Shown: piece by piece, positions 56,501-64,000 of the stretch
How positions within the stretch are numbered: the stretch's first letter is position 1
Layout: every line of letters begins with the position of its first letter
From: a virus
Reading direction: 5' to 3' (one strand)
Length of the DNA: 64,000 bases
IMG/VR virus record: IMGVR_UViG_3300045988_160427
The notes under the pieces: generated by a model
The model's input: the letters and a program-made list of their open reading frames with translations, nothing else
The model's database searches: none
Told to the model about the DNA's origin: nothing
Position numbers and translations under genes: made by a program

Positions 56501-57444
56501 TCTGGAATTTGAGGAATTATAGGATTGTGTTTTAAATTATATTCATCTATTTTATTGAAAATTTCTTTAGTGTTTTCATAAAGAATATCAATTTCCTCAT
56601 CGGTGAATAAAATTCTCAAAAATTGTCTTAATTCCTTTTCATCCATTAAATACGTTGTAGCATAAAAACTGTCTACTTCTCTATCGCCTTCTTTAGAATT
56701 TAGATAAATTTTATGAATAAAAGATGATTCCTTAGTTAAATAGTGAGCATCAGTAGTAGGAATAATTTTTAAATTATAAGCTTTAGATAAATCAATCATA
56801 GCTTTATTAACAATTAATTGTTCTTGATTGGTTTCTTCACATGGTTGAATCTCTAGAAAGAAATTATTTTTCCCAAAAACTTCAACGCACCACGTAATAA
56901 AAGCATGTATTTCTAATTTAGCAGTTTCTTCCCCATTTTTCCATTTTAAAATCATTCTATCTAAAAATCCACCCAAACATGCGGTAGAAGCAATTATATG
57001 CCCTGTATTTCTTTTAATAATTTTTTCCACATCCGCATAATAAGTAGGAGTTCTCATAATTCCTCGAGAAAAATAAGCTCTTCCCCAAGCTAAACTTGAA
57101 AGCTCTCTTATTTGTTGATAACCTACTTCATCTAAAGCGGTTAATATAAAATGATAATAAGGATAAATTGTATTTTTAGCCGCTCTGTTGGCTTCATCTT
57201 CTTTTTCATCCATCAAATATATTTCGTTGCCCAAAGCGATCTTAAAAGGTCTGTCTTTTTTCATTTTTTGATAGTATTGCAACGCTTTGATGTGCGAAGA
57301 TAGACACTCATGATTGGTGATAGAAATTCCTAACAAACCTAAATCATAAGATTTTTGAATAACATCTTCGACTTTGTTGACAACATCTGGAAAACCTAGG
57401 GCGGCATTACTGTATTCATCATGAACATGATTATTAAAATACAT
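53515..57444 (-). CDS. dnaE: DNA polymerase III alpha subunit (DnaE-type family C replicative polymerase) with N-terminal PHP domain
   Basis: Starts with the PHP signature MYFNNHVHDEYSNAALGFPD...ISITNHE (H-x-H ... H). 1309 aa matches Pol III alpha size. Confidence 0.85.
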   Translation of the reverse strand: MYFNNHVHDEYSNAALGFPDVVNKVEDVIQKSYDLGLLGISITNHECLSSHIKALQYYQKMKKDRPFKIALGNEIYLMDEKEDEANRAAKNTIYPYYHFILTALDEVGYQQIRELSSLAWGRAYFSRGIMRTPTYYADVEKIIKRNTGHIIASTACLGGFLDRMILKWKNGEETAKLEIHAFITWCVEVFGKNNFFLEIQPCEETNQEQLIVNKAMIDLSKAYNLKIIPTTDAHYLTKESSFIHKIYLNSKEGDREVDSFYATTYLMDEKELRQFLRILFTDEEIDILYENTKEIFNKIDEYNLKHNPIIPQIPENKLPNFKIEHTFSNYYSKYNNFAYYANPQRTLHEQYFFYQVEKGIKEKICTNSKKENLEKYIARLDEEFEQFHLISEELGTSIPCYFSSMSKIIDIIWEAGSLVMPGRGSAGACLSCYLLDITQIDPVPFGEYMPFWRFMNIDRGVELPDIDTDSESSKKNEIIQGVVEYFGEDRVLSIATFSALTSKTAIEKSCKGLGINNDVADYIKSMIPVERGFTWSLRDCLEGNVEKQRQPIQSFIREVEKYPNLKECALSLEGLITGRSTHAAGILVGNDSYTNYIASMRSPKGELCSCYDLIDSEYCGEIKFDLLKTIATDKIHTTLNLLLKDGIIEWQGTLKKTYEKYIHPDILEYDDKNMWDIIKNIYSVFQFDTKISERALNLTQPHSVMDLSATNNLLRLMAQPGQESPLLKYARFKQNINDWYEEMTSYGLNENEQACLKEYLNDSYGLADSQEKLMRISMDKRVSGYTLKESNKLRKSIAKKSAQLQEEAKKQFFEYGEKLGTRKLFLEYIWNVIFAASFGYSFSQIHSASYSIIALQELNLNYYYPPVYWNCACLTVESQSDDEKDKRTAIDYGKMARSIYKMKHHGINILPPSINKSNISFTPNREDNSILFGLGGISGISNEVAREIVNNRPYDSFIDFYNKIKNNKESLIKKQKIITLIKAGCFDEFNENRIEIMKEFFSLEYEEKKELSLQNINKILEYDIYIPENLLTPYMLCKNIKNKMNFYKQDEKIKTKKHYMVPKKVESDLLYWFPNLKEDVDFYYENDYMIIIDKNLDRATKPYAEKIKQYISNEDFIKNFNNIGKKILYENNIEENNELEWAFSSTSFYPKDQHELMSVNFDKYNIINFDLLPEDPSYAIKSYKKRNGEEFIWKQYDLYRICGTVVDKNKNKRTIEILTPQNKVISVKFNDETYSYYEQRISQGDVEHKVMVDDSWFKRGTKLCIVGYRNNDYFRAKKYKNSIFKHTVLLIEKVSNNADLIIRSERKGV

Positions 57445-57451
57445 TTTTCAT

Positions 57452-57868
57452 CTACTCCATTTTAGTAATTTCATAAAATCTTTGATTAATTTTATTCCAT
57501 TCTTTCTCGGTTATCCCACCACAATCATATTTTTCTTGTAAGTTATAATAACATTGTAATAAATATCTTTCATTCATCTTTTTTACAAAAGTTTTAGCAT
57601 TAGATAATAAGATTTTTTGCATTTCCTTATAATCTTTGATTTGAAAATAATCAATAAAATTTTTTAAATTAATGTTGTATCCTCTTCTTTGCATAGTTAA
57701 AATTACTTTTAAAGAATATAAAAGCAAATCTTTTTTAGGATATTCATAAATAAAATTAATTAATATATGTTTATCTTCTTTTTTATAAATGCTGTTTAAT
57801 TCTCTCCATTGCCCTAGCAATTGTTGCCTAGGTAAAACTTCAATCAAAGATTCGTGCCAAAGTCTCAT
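57452..57868 (-). CDS. pyrimidine-dimer DNA glycosylase-like (T4 endonuclease V / DenV family)
   Basis: 138 aa, same length as T4 endoV. MRLWHESLIEVLPRQQLLGQWREL aligns with T4 [23 protein letters not shown], including the catalytic Glu of ...REL. Confidence 0.45.
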   Translation of the reverse strand: MRLWHESLIEVLPRQQLLGQWRELNSIYKKEDKHILINFIYEYPKKDLLLYSLKVILTMQRRGYNINLKNFIDYFQIKDYKEMQKILLSNAKTFVKKMNERYLLQCYYNLQEKYDCGGITEKEWNKINQRFYEITKME

Positions 57869-57879
57869 TGTAAACTCCT

Positions 57880-58368
57880 TTATAATATATATTTTTCTCC
57901 TGTTATATTGAAATATCCTGTAGTGATTTTATTCCAATCTTCTTCTGTAATTTTTACTGCTCCTTTAGGCCATTTATATATTTCATACAAAATAGCCATA
58001 CAAACTCTTAGATATTCTTTATTGTGCCAATGAATAAATATTGGTGCATCTATTGGTATAATATCCATACCAAAATCTTCTAATGACAACTTTAATCTTT
58101 GTATTCTAGCACTGTATCTAGATTTTTTCTCATATACATTTATACATTTTTTAATATATGCAATCAATTCAAAACTATCGTAATTTTTCCAATAACCTTG
58201 CGCCCATTCTTCTTTAATTTTATCTCCTTTCTTTTTCCAAAGATCAACAATGTTTTCTAAAGAAGCAATTTGTTTTTTGAAATAATAAGGAGGCAAATAT
58301 GGTAATAATTCATAATGCCATAGTCTTGTATTGCCAAAACGCCATAAAGTTTTTTTCATTGCTATCAC
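57880..58368 (-). CDS. second DenV-like paralog (divergent, 14-aa N-terminal extension)
   Basis: NTRLWHYELLPYLP... parallels the neighbouring gene's N-terminus, but the ...REL Glu is not conserved (GYWKNYD). Confidence 0.4.
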   Translation of the reverse strand: MIAMKKTLWRFGNTRLWHYELLPYLPPYYFKKQIASLENIVDLWKKKGDKIKEEWAQGYWKNYDSFELIAYIKKCINVYEKKSRYSARIQRLKLSLEDFGMDIIPIDAPIFIHWHNKEYLRVCMAILYEIYKWPKGAVKITEEDWNKITTGYFNITGEKYIL

Positions 58369-59817
58369 CTAAAATAATTCTTTCCATGAGTTATATTTAT
58401 TATATTTTTTAATTTCAATTTTGTCAATAACAACTTGCTTAATTTTGTGGTTGTTCCAATCATTAATTTTCAATTTCCCTACAATATTTAGAATAATTTT
58501 GTCTGATTCACCGTTGTATAATTTTTCTTTCAATTTTTGGTCGGCAAAAAAATAAATAAAATCTATATGATTAATATTCCATTTTAAAGTGGATTTATTT
58601 CTGCCTAAAACAGCAATATCTTTAGCAGATATTTCTATATTTTCTATATAAAAAATAGGTTCATTTAAGTTTTTACCCCATAGAGAAGCATATTTGTCCC
58701 AGTACCCAAATAAATTATCAGGTATGTTATTTTTATTATAAATACAACATACTTCGGTGGGTTCTTCTTCGTATGAGATATCTGTATCTAAATATTTAAT
58801 AAAATTATCAATATTGTTCTCTGGAATAGATATTCCGAAACTTTTTTGGTGTCCTTCTGCAAAATTAATTAAATTACTATTATTACAAAAGGTTTTTATA
58901 TCTCTTGTAGAGCGACAAGAACCATTATAATTATTGTTTTTCTTATAAAGACAAAAAGTAGGCTTTTCATACTTACTCATAATTTTTGAAGCCAATAAAC
59001 CAGTGTAATTACTAGGTTGAATATAAGCTAAAATAAAATTTTTATATTGTTTTATTTCACAATTGTCTAATAAAAGTTGAACATTTTTATTTTGATTGTT
59101 TTTTTCTCTTTTTATTTTTTTTAGAACTGAAGCATATTCTTCACTTGTGCCAATAAAACATTCGAAAATTTCTTTTTTTAACTCAAAGTTGTCTGATCTA
59201 ATAACTGCATTTAATTTAGGAACAACATCCCACGCTAATGTAGTGGGGGTAACAGCGCCTTTAGATAGTTCATTTATTAGAAAAGAAAGAAAAGAGTTTT
59301 TAATATTAGAAAATCCTATAAAATTATAATAACGATTTTCTAAATTTTTCATATCCATAACATCAGCCACATTGCTCAATGCTACTAAATCTAACAAATC
59401 TTGATGATATAAATCATTATTTTGTTCGCAACAATATTTAATAAATTTATAAGTAACCCCAGCTCCACTTAAACTTTTATTTGTTACTTTATCACTATAT
59501 TGATTATTAATACTAAACACCCCATCATAAGGAGGTATTTCATGATGATCTGTTTGAATGATTTTTATGTTTTTATTTCCCAAATCTTCTACATATTGTT
59601 GACTAGAAGGATTGGCATCAGGAATCCAAAGTAACTTGCAATCATTTTTAATTTCTTTCATTATATCCTCATTTAACCCATGCCTTTTATCTTTGTGATA
59701 TAACACAATAATATTTTCATGCTTTACACCTAAATGAATTAAATATTTATATACTAAAACAGATGATATTAAACCATCTACATCACAATCTTGTAAAATA
59801 TAAATTTTATTTTGCAT
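58369..59817 (-). CDS. DHH-family phosphoesterase, RecJ-like single-strand DNA exonuclease
   Basis: DHH motif I QDCDVDGLIS (DxD), motif III QTDHHE (DHH). Confidence 0.7.
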   Translation of the reverse strand: MQNKIYILQDCDVDGLISSVLVYKYLIHLGVKHENIIVLYHKDKRHGLNEDIMKEIKNDCKLLWIPDANPSSQQYVEDLGNKNIKIIQTDHHEIPPYDGVFSINNQYSDKVTNKSLSGAGVTYKFIKYCCEQNNDLYHQDLLDLVALSNVADVMDMKNLENRYYNFIGFSNIKNSFLSFLINELSKGAVTPTTLAWDVVPKLNAVIRSDNFELKKEIFECFIGTSEEYASVLKKIKREKNNQNKNVQLLLDNCEIKQYKNFILAYIQPSNYTGLLASKIMSKYEKPTFCLYKKNNNYNGSCRSTRDIKTFCNNSNLINFAEGHQKSFGISIPENNIDNFIKYLDTDISYEEEPTEVCCIYNKNNIPDNLFGYWDKYASLWGKNLNEPIFYIENIEISAKDIAVLGRNKSTLKWNINHIDFIYFFADQKLKEKLYNGESDKIILNIVGKLKINDWNNHKIKQVVIDKIEIKKYNKYNSWKELF

Positions 59818-59828
59818 TTTTACCCTCC

Positions 59829-60926
59829 TTAAAAAATATTTTCTTTATTTTTATACAAAATATTCCATATATTCTCTCCCTTATCCGAGGGAGAATCTTT
59901 GTATTCTAATAAATTGCTCCTGTCATAAATAACATTAACTTTACAAAACCCTTTAAATTGTTCAGCTATTTTCACAACAGTTTTTTCCCATCTTGAATAT
60001 TCTTTTTTTTCTTCTTCATTTTTTGCATGATTGAAAATAGCATGATATTGTTTGTCTAGACATATGTTTACCACATCTATACCTAAATCCAACAATAATT
60101 TTTTCTTATATTTAGTTAAATTTACTCCAAAGAGTGCTACACTATTATTATTTTTAGCTATAGTTTCCATTTGAAGTACAGACTTTGGAGCTTCGAATAT
60201 ATTAACCTCACCCTGATTTTTTATGTTATATTGATTCATATTTACCCCATACAAAACTTGGCCTGTAGAAAAAATATAATCACTATTATCTAACATTTTA
60301 ACAGGCATATATTTATATCCATTTTCAATCATTTCTGGGTCAAGATTTCTTCCATGTATTCCTATTAAATTTCCATCTTTATCAAATACAGGAATTGTTA
60401 TCATTTGTTTCAACGGATAAAAACCAATATGAAATTTCTCCATGGTTTCTATTGTTATTCCTTCTTTAATCCATGAATAGTCATAGATTTTATCAAAAAA
60501 ATCTAATATTTTAGGATCATAAATTTTTATATTTTTCTGTCCTCTTTTTATTTTTAAATATTTAGATAAACTTTCTTCCCAGTAATCTTCTTTTTTCCCT
60601 TCTGTATATCTTTCAATTTCATGGGTTTCAATATTACAAACCGTACATACATATTTAATAGAATCAGAGAAAGAAATTTTTTTAACTTTCATTACTAAAT
60701 CAAAAATGCTATAAGCTCTATTGCAGCGAGAAAAACAAAAAAACTGTTTAGAATCCTTATACCAATATAATTTATGACTAGAAGAATTATGACACACTGA
60801 AGAAAAAATTATATATTTTTCTGTTTCCTCTTTGTCATAAACAATTCCACCTAAAGATATAACAATTTTTTTAACATTGATATCACTTATATTATTTTTC
60901 AATTGTTTAAGATTTATTTTTTTCAT
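59829..60926 (-). CDS. dnaG: DNA primase (DnaG-like: CHC2 zinc finger + TOPRIM)
   Basis: CHNSSSHKLYWYKDSKQFFCFSRC has the CHC2 zinc-binding pattern. Immediately downstream of the DnaB helicase gene. Confidence 0.7.
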   Translation of the reverse strand: MKKINLKQLKNNISDINVKKIVISLGGIVYDKEETEKYIIFSSVCHNSSSHKLYWYKDSKQFFCFSRCNRAYSIFDLVMKVKKISFSDSIKYVCTVCNIETHEIERYTEGKKEDYWEESLSKYLKIKRGQKNIKIYDPKILDFFDKIYDYSWIKEGITIETMEKFHIGFYPLKQMITIPVFDKDGNLIGIHGRNLDPEMIENGYKYMPVKMLDNSDYIFSTGQVLYGVNMNQYNIKNQGEVNIFEAPKSVLQMETIAKNNNSVALFGVNLTKYKKKLLLDLGIDVVNICLDKQYHAIFNHAKNEEEKKEYSRWEKTVVKIAEQFKGFCKVNVIYDRSNLLEYKDSPSDKGENIWNILYKNKENIF

Positions 60927-61119
60927 AAAAAATACTCCTTATATATTGTATAGAAACCAAAAATATTGAATTATTATAACAATAGCAAAAATAATTAATA
61001 AAATATCTCTGATAAAAATATTATATCTTTTTTCATAAAAATTTATTATTAATAGTAGAATAAAGTTTACAATTAATAGATAAAAAACAAATATATTTTT
61101 ACTTATAAATATAAACATT

Positions 61120-62634
61120 TTATTCTTCTTCTTTTATAAAAGTTTTTGGTATTGAATTTAAATAATTATTCTTTTCATCGGTGCAAAATAAATCCTTTGC
61201 CCTTCCAGTGTTGAAGTCAAAACTTTGCCAAACTTTAATGTTTTGTCCATATTGCGAATATCTAGCTTTATAGACATGAGTAATAATATTTGGCTCAGTT
61301 TTTTCTTCTAATCGTTTTCTATTAATTATTGTTTGCATCAAAGATAATTCTGATTTTTTAGGTTTCAAAACAATACAGCCATTATCTAACTTTGTTTTCA
61401 ATTGTTTACTTCCAAATAAACAATTTTCATCAATAACATCGTTGTTTTTCTCGTTACCATTTAATTGAGTCATAGATAATAAACCCAAACTATAATCTTC
61501 GGCACACATTTTTAATTCATTAGCAATAGCTAACAATAACATATCTTGTCTCAATGATGTGCCTATTCTTTCTTTGTAATCCTTACCGACAATTCCGTTG
61601 TCCCATATATAATCAAATACGCCAAATTTACAATGATGAATAATTGCACATTCTTTAATAACCCTTCTTAAATTCGTTAAAGTGAAGTCAGGCATATCAA
61701 TTAATCTTATATTTGATTTTCTTAAAATTTTCCCAGCTTCAATTAATCTATCTTTTTCTTCTTCTGTGAATTTGCCATCTAAAATTTTATGTGTGGGAAT
61801 ATCAGCTATATAAGCAATAAAGCGAGGCTGTAATTCTCTTTCTTGTTCCATTTCAGTATGAATATAAAAACCATTTCCTTGGTAATTATGATTTTTAACA
61901 AAATCTTTTTTATCTTTATCCCATAAATGAGTAACACTAACTTTACATAAATCGCCTATTGCTGCCGATGTCTTACCAAAACCTGAAGGAGCCGAACGCA
62001 TTAATAGATGTCCTCTTTGCCATCCTCTATAAATAGAAGTAAGATAAGGTGAATTTAAACAAGCACCAAAAGATGGTTCTTTTTGAAATTCTTCTAAAAC
62101 TTTGGTAAACCCTTCTCCTGCCCACATTTCAGCACGCACATTTCTATTATCAAATTTAGTTCTTAGTTGATTATATTTACTTTCATAAAAATTTAATATA
62201 TCTTTAATAGAATATTGGTTTAGTTTTCCAAAATTTATTTCGCCTTTTTCATTTTCTTCGTAAATTTCTGAAATATCTACTCCCATTTCTTTATACTGTC
62301 TTAACAAACTTAATTTTCTAACATTGTTATAATAAATTTCATAATTATTAGCGTTCGCTAATTCTTTGACTGTGGAAATAAATTCTAAAAAATTATTATC
62401 TTCTAAAACTTCGTATTGAGGTTTATAATGTTTACAAAAATTATCCACCATTATTTCATCTATTTCCATAGCACCTTCAGAAGCTAAGTGCAGAATGGCT
62501 GAAAATAGTATCATGTGAAATGTACAAGGTTCAAAATCATCTTTATTAATTGGAAACTTTTTGTTAAGTAGTAAATCTGTATTATTCATTAAACATCCAA
62601 GGGTCATATATGCGTCATTAAAAGAATAAATCAT
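61120..62634 (-). CDS. dnaB: replicative DNA helicase, DnaB family
   Basis: N-terminal DnaB-type helical domain. RecA-like C-terminal domain with Walker A MRSAPSGFGKTSAA, plus Walker B and arginine-finger regions. Confidence 0.85.
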   Translation of the reverse strand: MIYSFNDAYMTLGCLMNNTDLLLNKKFPINKDDFEPCTFHMILFSAILHLASEGAMEIDEIMVDNFCKHYKPQYEVLEDNNFLEFISTVKELANANNYEIYYNNVRKLSLLRQYKEMGVDISEIYEENEKGEINFGKLNQYSIKDILNFYESKYNQLRTKFDNRNVRAEMWAGEGFTKVLEEFQKEPSFGACLNSPYLTSIYRGWQRGHLLMRSAPSGFGKTSAAIGDLCKVSVTHLWDKDKKDFVKNHNYQGNGFYIHTEMEQERELQPRFIAYIADIPTHKILDGKFTEEEKDRLIEAGKILRKSNIRLIDMPDFTLTNLRRVIKECAIIHHCKFGVFDYIWDNGIVGKDYKERIGTSLRQDMLLLAIANELKMCAEDYSLGLLSMTQLNGNEKNNDVIDENCLFGSKQLKTKLDNGCIVLKPKKSELSLMQTIINRKRLEEKTEPNIITHVYKARYSQYGQNIKVWQSFDFNTGRAKDLFCTDEKNNYLNSIPKTFIKEEE

Positions 62635-62656
62635 TTTAATCTCCTTTTTAACATAA

Positions 62657-63145
62657 TTAAATTTTGTTTTTCAATCTTTGATAATAACTTTTAGATGTAT
62701 TATTGATAAAAACAACTTTTTCATTGAAATCAATATTTTTAAATTTTTCTTGATTATTTAAACATTTCTTGGTATAGTCCAGTGCTTCTTGATAATATTG
62801 TGGAAACACTTGCCCCAATCCCAAAGAAGTATCAAAATTTTTTTCTAAAATTAATACGTAATATCTAAGGGTGAGAAGTATTTCAGCATCAGTCCAACCA
62901 TATTCTTTCTTATAATGTTTAATTTGTGACATAATCCAAGGCCAATTACACTGATTTTGATATAACTCTTGAATATAATCAGTTAAATTGTAATGATATT
63001 CAGTATTTTTTGTTTCGTTTTTATTTTTTATATAGTTATTATAACAATTTAGATCACAAAAATACATTTTATCTTTTGTCGGATGTTTATAAGAATTCTC
63101 TTTTTTAATTTCTTTTTTGCAATTTCTACATTTCACAGTTTGCAT
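62657..63145 (-). CDS. hypothetical protein with N-terminal zinc ribbon (CRNCKK...CDLNC); possible helicase loader by position
   Basis: ORF immediately upstream of dnaB in transcription order. Confidence 0.35.
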   Translation of the reverse strand: MQTVKCRNCKKEIKKENSYKHPTKDKMYFCDLNCYNNYIKNKNETKNTEYHYNLTDYIQELYQNQCNWPWIMSQIKHYKKEYGWTDAEILLTLRYYVLILEKNFDTSLGLGQVFPQYYQEALDYTKKCLNNQEKFKNIDFNEKVVFINNTSKSYYQRLKNKI

Positions 63146-63182
63146 ATTAAATCTACCTTCTTATAATTATTTCTTATCAATA

Positions 63183-63210
63183 ATTATATCAGAAAATATA
63201 TAAAAGTCAA
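63183..63210 (-). promoter_or_regulatory. candidate sigma-A promoter on minus strand: TTGACT-16-TGaTATAAT
   Basis: Reverse complement of 63205-63210 is TTGACT; of 63183-63188 is TATAAT with TG at -14/-15. Same extended -10 nonamer (TGATATAAT) as the late promoter at 3346-3354. Confidence 0.45.
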
Positions 63211-63233
63211 CATGTTTATTAATTTTATAATTT

Positions 63234-63266
63234 AAAAATCCCTACGAATAAATGTAGGGATTTTTA
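63234..63266 (-). terminator. hairpin aaatccctac-gaataaat-gtagggattt with flanking T/A runs (bidirectional terminator-like)
   Basis: 10-bp perfect stem at 63236-63245 / 63254-63263. Lies 10 bp downstream of the stop of minus gene 63275..63985. Confidence 0.45.
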
Positions 63267-63274
63267 AATGTTAA

Positions 63275-63985
63275 TTAATATGAAATATCATAATCCATAG
63301 CTAAATTATTTAATTTTGTATAAATGTTTGCTAATTTTTGTACCTCATCTTTTTGTGCTGAAGAAACTTTCCGAATGAGACCATTTTCATCCACACCCAA
63401 TTCTTCTGCCACGATTTCTTGCACTCTCTCGGGCGCCACAACGAAAACTTTTTCCATCACGGAAGGAATAATTTCTAAATAATCTTTTAAATCAAATTTA
63501 TCATCAACTTTTTTAAACGGTGTCAGTTGACAATCTGCTTCTTCTGCGCTTTTTTTAATTGCTTCTAACATTGTTTTTTGAATAGTTTCAGCAGAAAAAT
63601 TCTCAACAATCACTGGCATATTGTAACGACTTCTTGCAAAAATTGTTTGTGTTTGTTTACAAATAGCGCTAGAAGCGATGGGATCACCATCTTTATCGAT
63701 TCCATTAGGTCTTGTATAAATGACAAAATCACATAAATTTCTTAAAAATCTTGTTGACCCTTTTTCTTTTTCAGTCCCAAAAGGCACAATGAAATTTTTT
63801 GTCACAACTCTTGTTTTTCCATTGTTATCAATGATTTCTTCTTTCTTTTCCACTTCTTCTTCATGTGAAATAAAAATAACAGTATATCCACACGAAGTTA
63901 ACATATTAATTTGATTTCGAAACATTTTTCTTGCTAATAAATACCCATTTGGATTTCTATTATTCCTATCATTTGGATTCTGCAC
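63275..63985 (-). CDS. hypothetical protein, probably C-terminal part of a larger gene continuing past the window end (ATPase-like ...TVIFISHEEE...)
   Basis: ORF reaches within 15 nt of the window end. No start context visible. Confidence 0.3.
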   Translation of the reverse strand: MQNPNDRNNRNPNGYLLARKMFRNQINMLTSCGYTVIFISHEEEVEKKEEIIDNNGKTRVVTKNFIVPFGTEKEKGSTRFLRNLCDFVIYTRPNGIDKDGDPIASSAICKQTQTIFARSRYNMPVIVENFSAETIQKTMLEAIKKSAEEADCQLTPFKKVDDKFDLKDYLEIIPSVMEKVFVVAPERVQEIVAEELGVDENGLIRKVSSAQKDEVQKLANIYTKLNNLAMDYDISY

Positions 63986-64000
63986 TAAACCAATATCATT

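Noticed and set aside
1-64000. Integrase / attachment site / prophage boundary
   Set aside because: No tyrosine or serine recombinase motifs and no host-like flanking genes seen in this window. The whole window reads as phage DNA. A tRNA is present but has no adjacent integrase, so an att-site interpretation is not supported.

Overview
This 64-kb window is a contiguous piece of an AT-rich (about 30% GC) tailed dsDNA phage, siphovirus-like with a 1685-aa tape measure protein, probably from a low-GC anaerobic Firmicute host (anaerobic RNR NrdDG, DnaE-type polymerase, PG-binding/CHAP/LysM endolysin). No integrase or att site is visible. Three transcription blocks are apparent.
(i) 1-2865, minus strand: an N-terminally complete, window-truncated pentapeptide-repeat protein, a second beta-helix-type repeat protein, tRNA-Met(CAU), dCMP deaminase, a dNMP-kinase-like P-loop protein and an HD hydrolase.
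(ii) 3326-43858, plus strand late/structural operon, downstream of a near-consensus extended -10 promoter (TTTACA-17-TGaTATAAT) in a divergent AT-rich control region. It encodes an 827-aa unknown protein with a DYDSD motif, two tandem HU/IHF-like proteins, a metallophosphoesterase, and a large terminase split by a group I intron that carries a GIY-YIG homing endonuclease gene (itself broken by an in-frame TAA). Downstream are portal, prohead protease/scaffold, capsid, major tail protein with Ig-like domain, then a 3-kb accessory insertion (MazF/PemK-like toxin with an overlapping Cys-rich partner, XhlA-like and holin-like membrane proteins, RuvC-like resolvase). The block ends with the tape measure (C-terminal PG_binding_1 domain), baseplate/tail-fibre genes with collagen-like triplets and tandem paralogs, and a PG_binding x3 + CHAP + LysM endolysin followed by a terminator.
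(iii) 44-64 kb, minus strand replication/nucleotide module: dUTPase, NrdG plus a truncated NrdG paralog, nrdD split by a second group I intron carrying an HNH homing endonuclease, NrdH-like redoxin, RecD-like helicase, a GNAT gene broken at a homopolymer, DnaE-type Pol III alpha with N-terminal PHP domain, two tandem T4-endoV-like glycosylases, RecJ-like DHH exonuclease, DnaG-like primase and DnaB helicase.
All functional calls are from motif recognition by eye. Splice sites and promoter/terminator calls are inferred and unverified.
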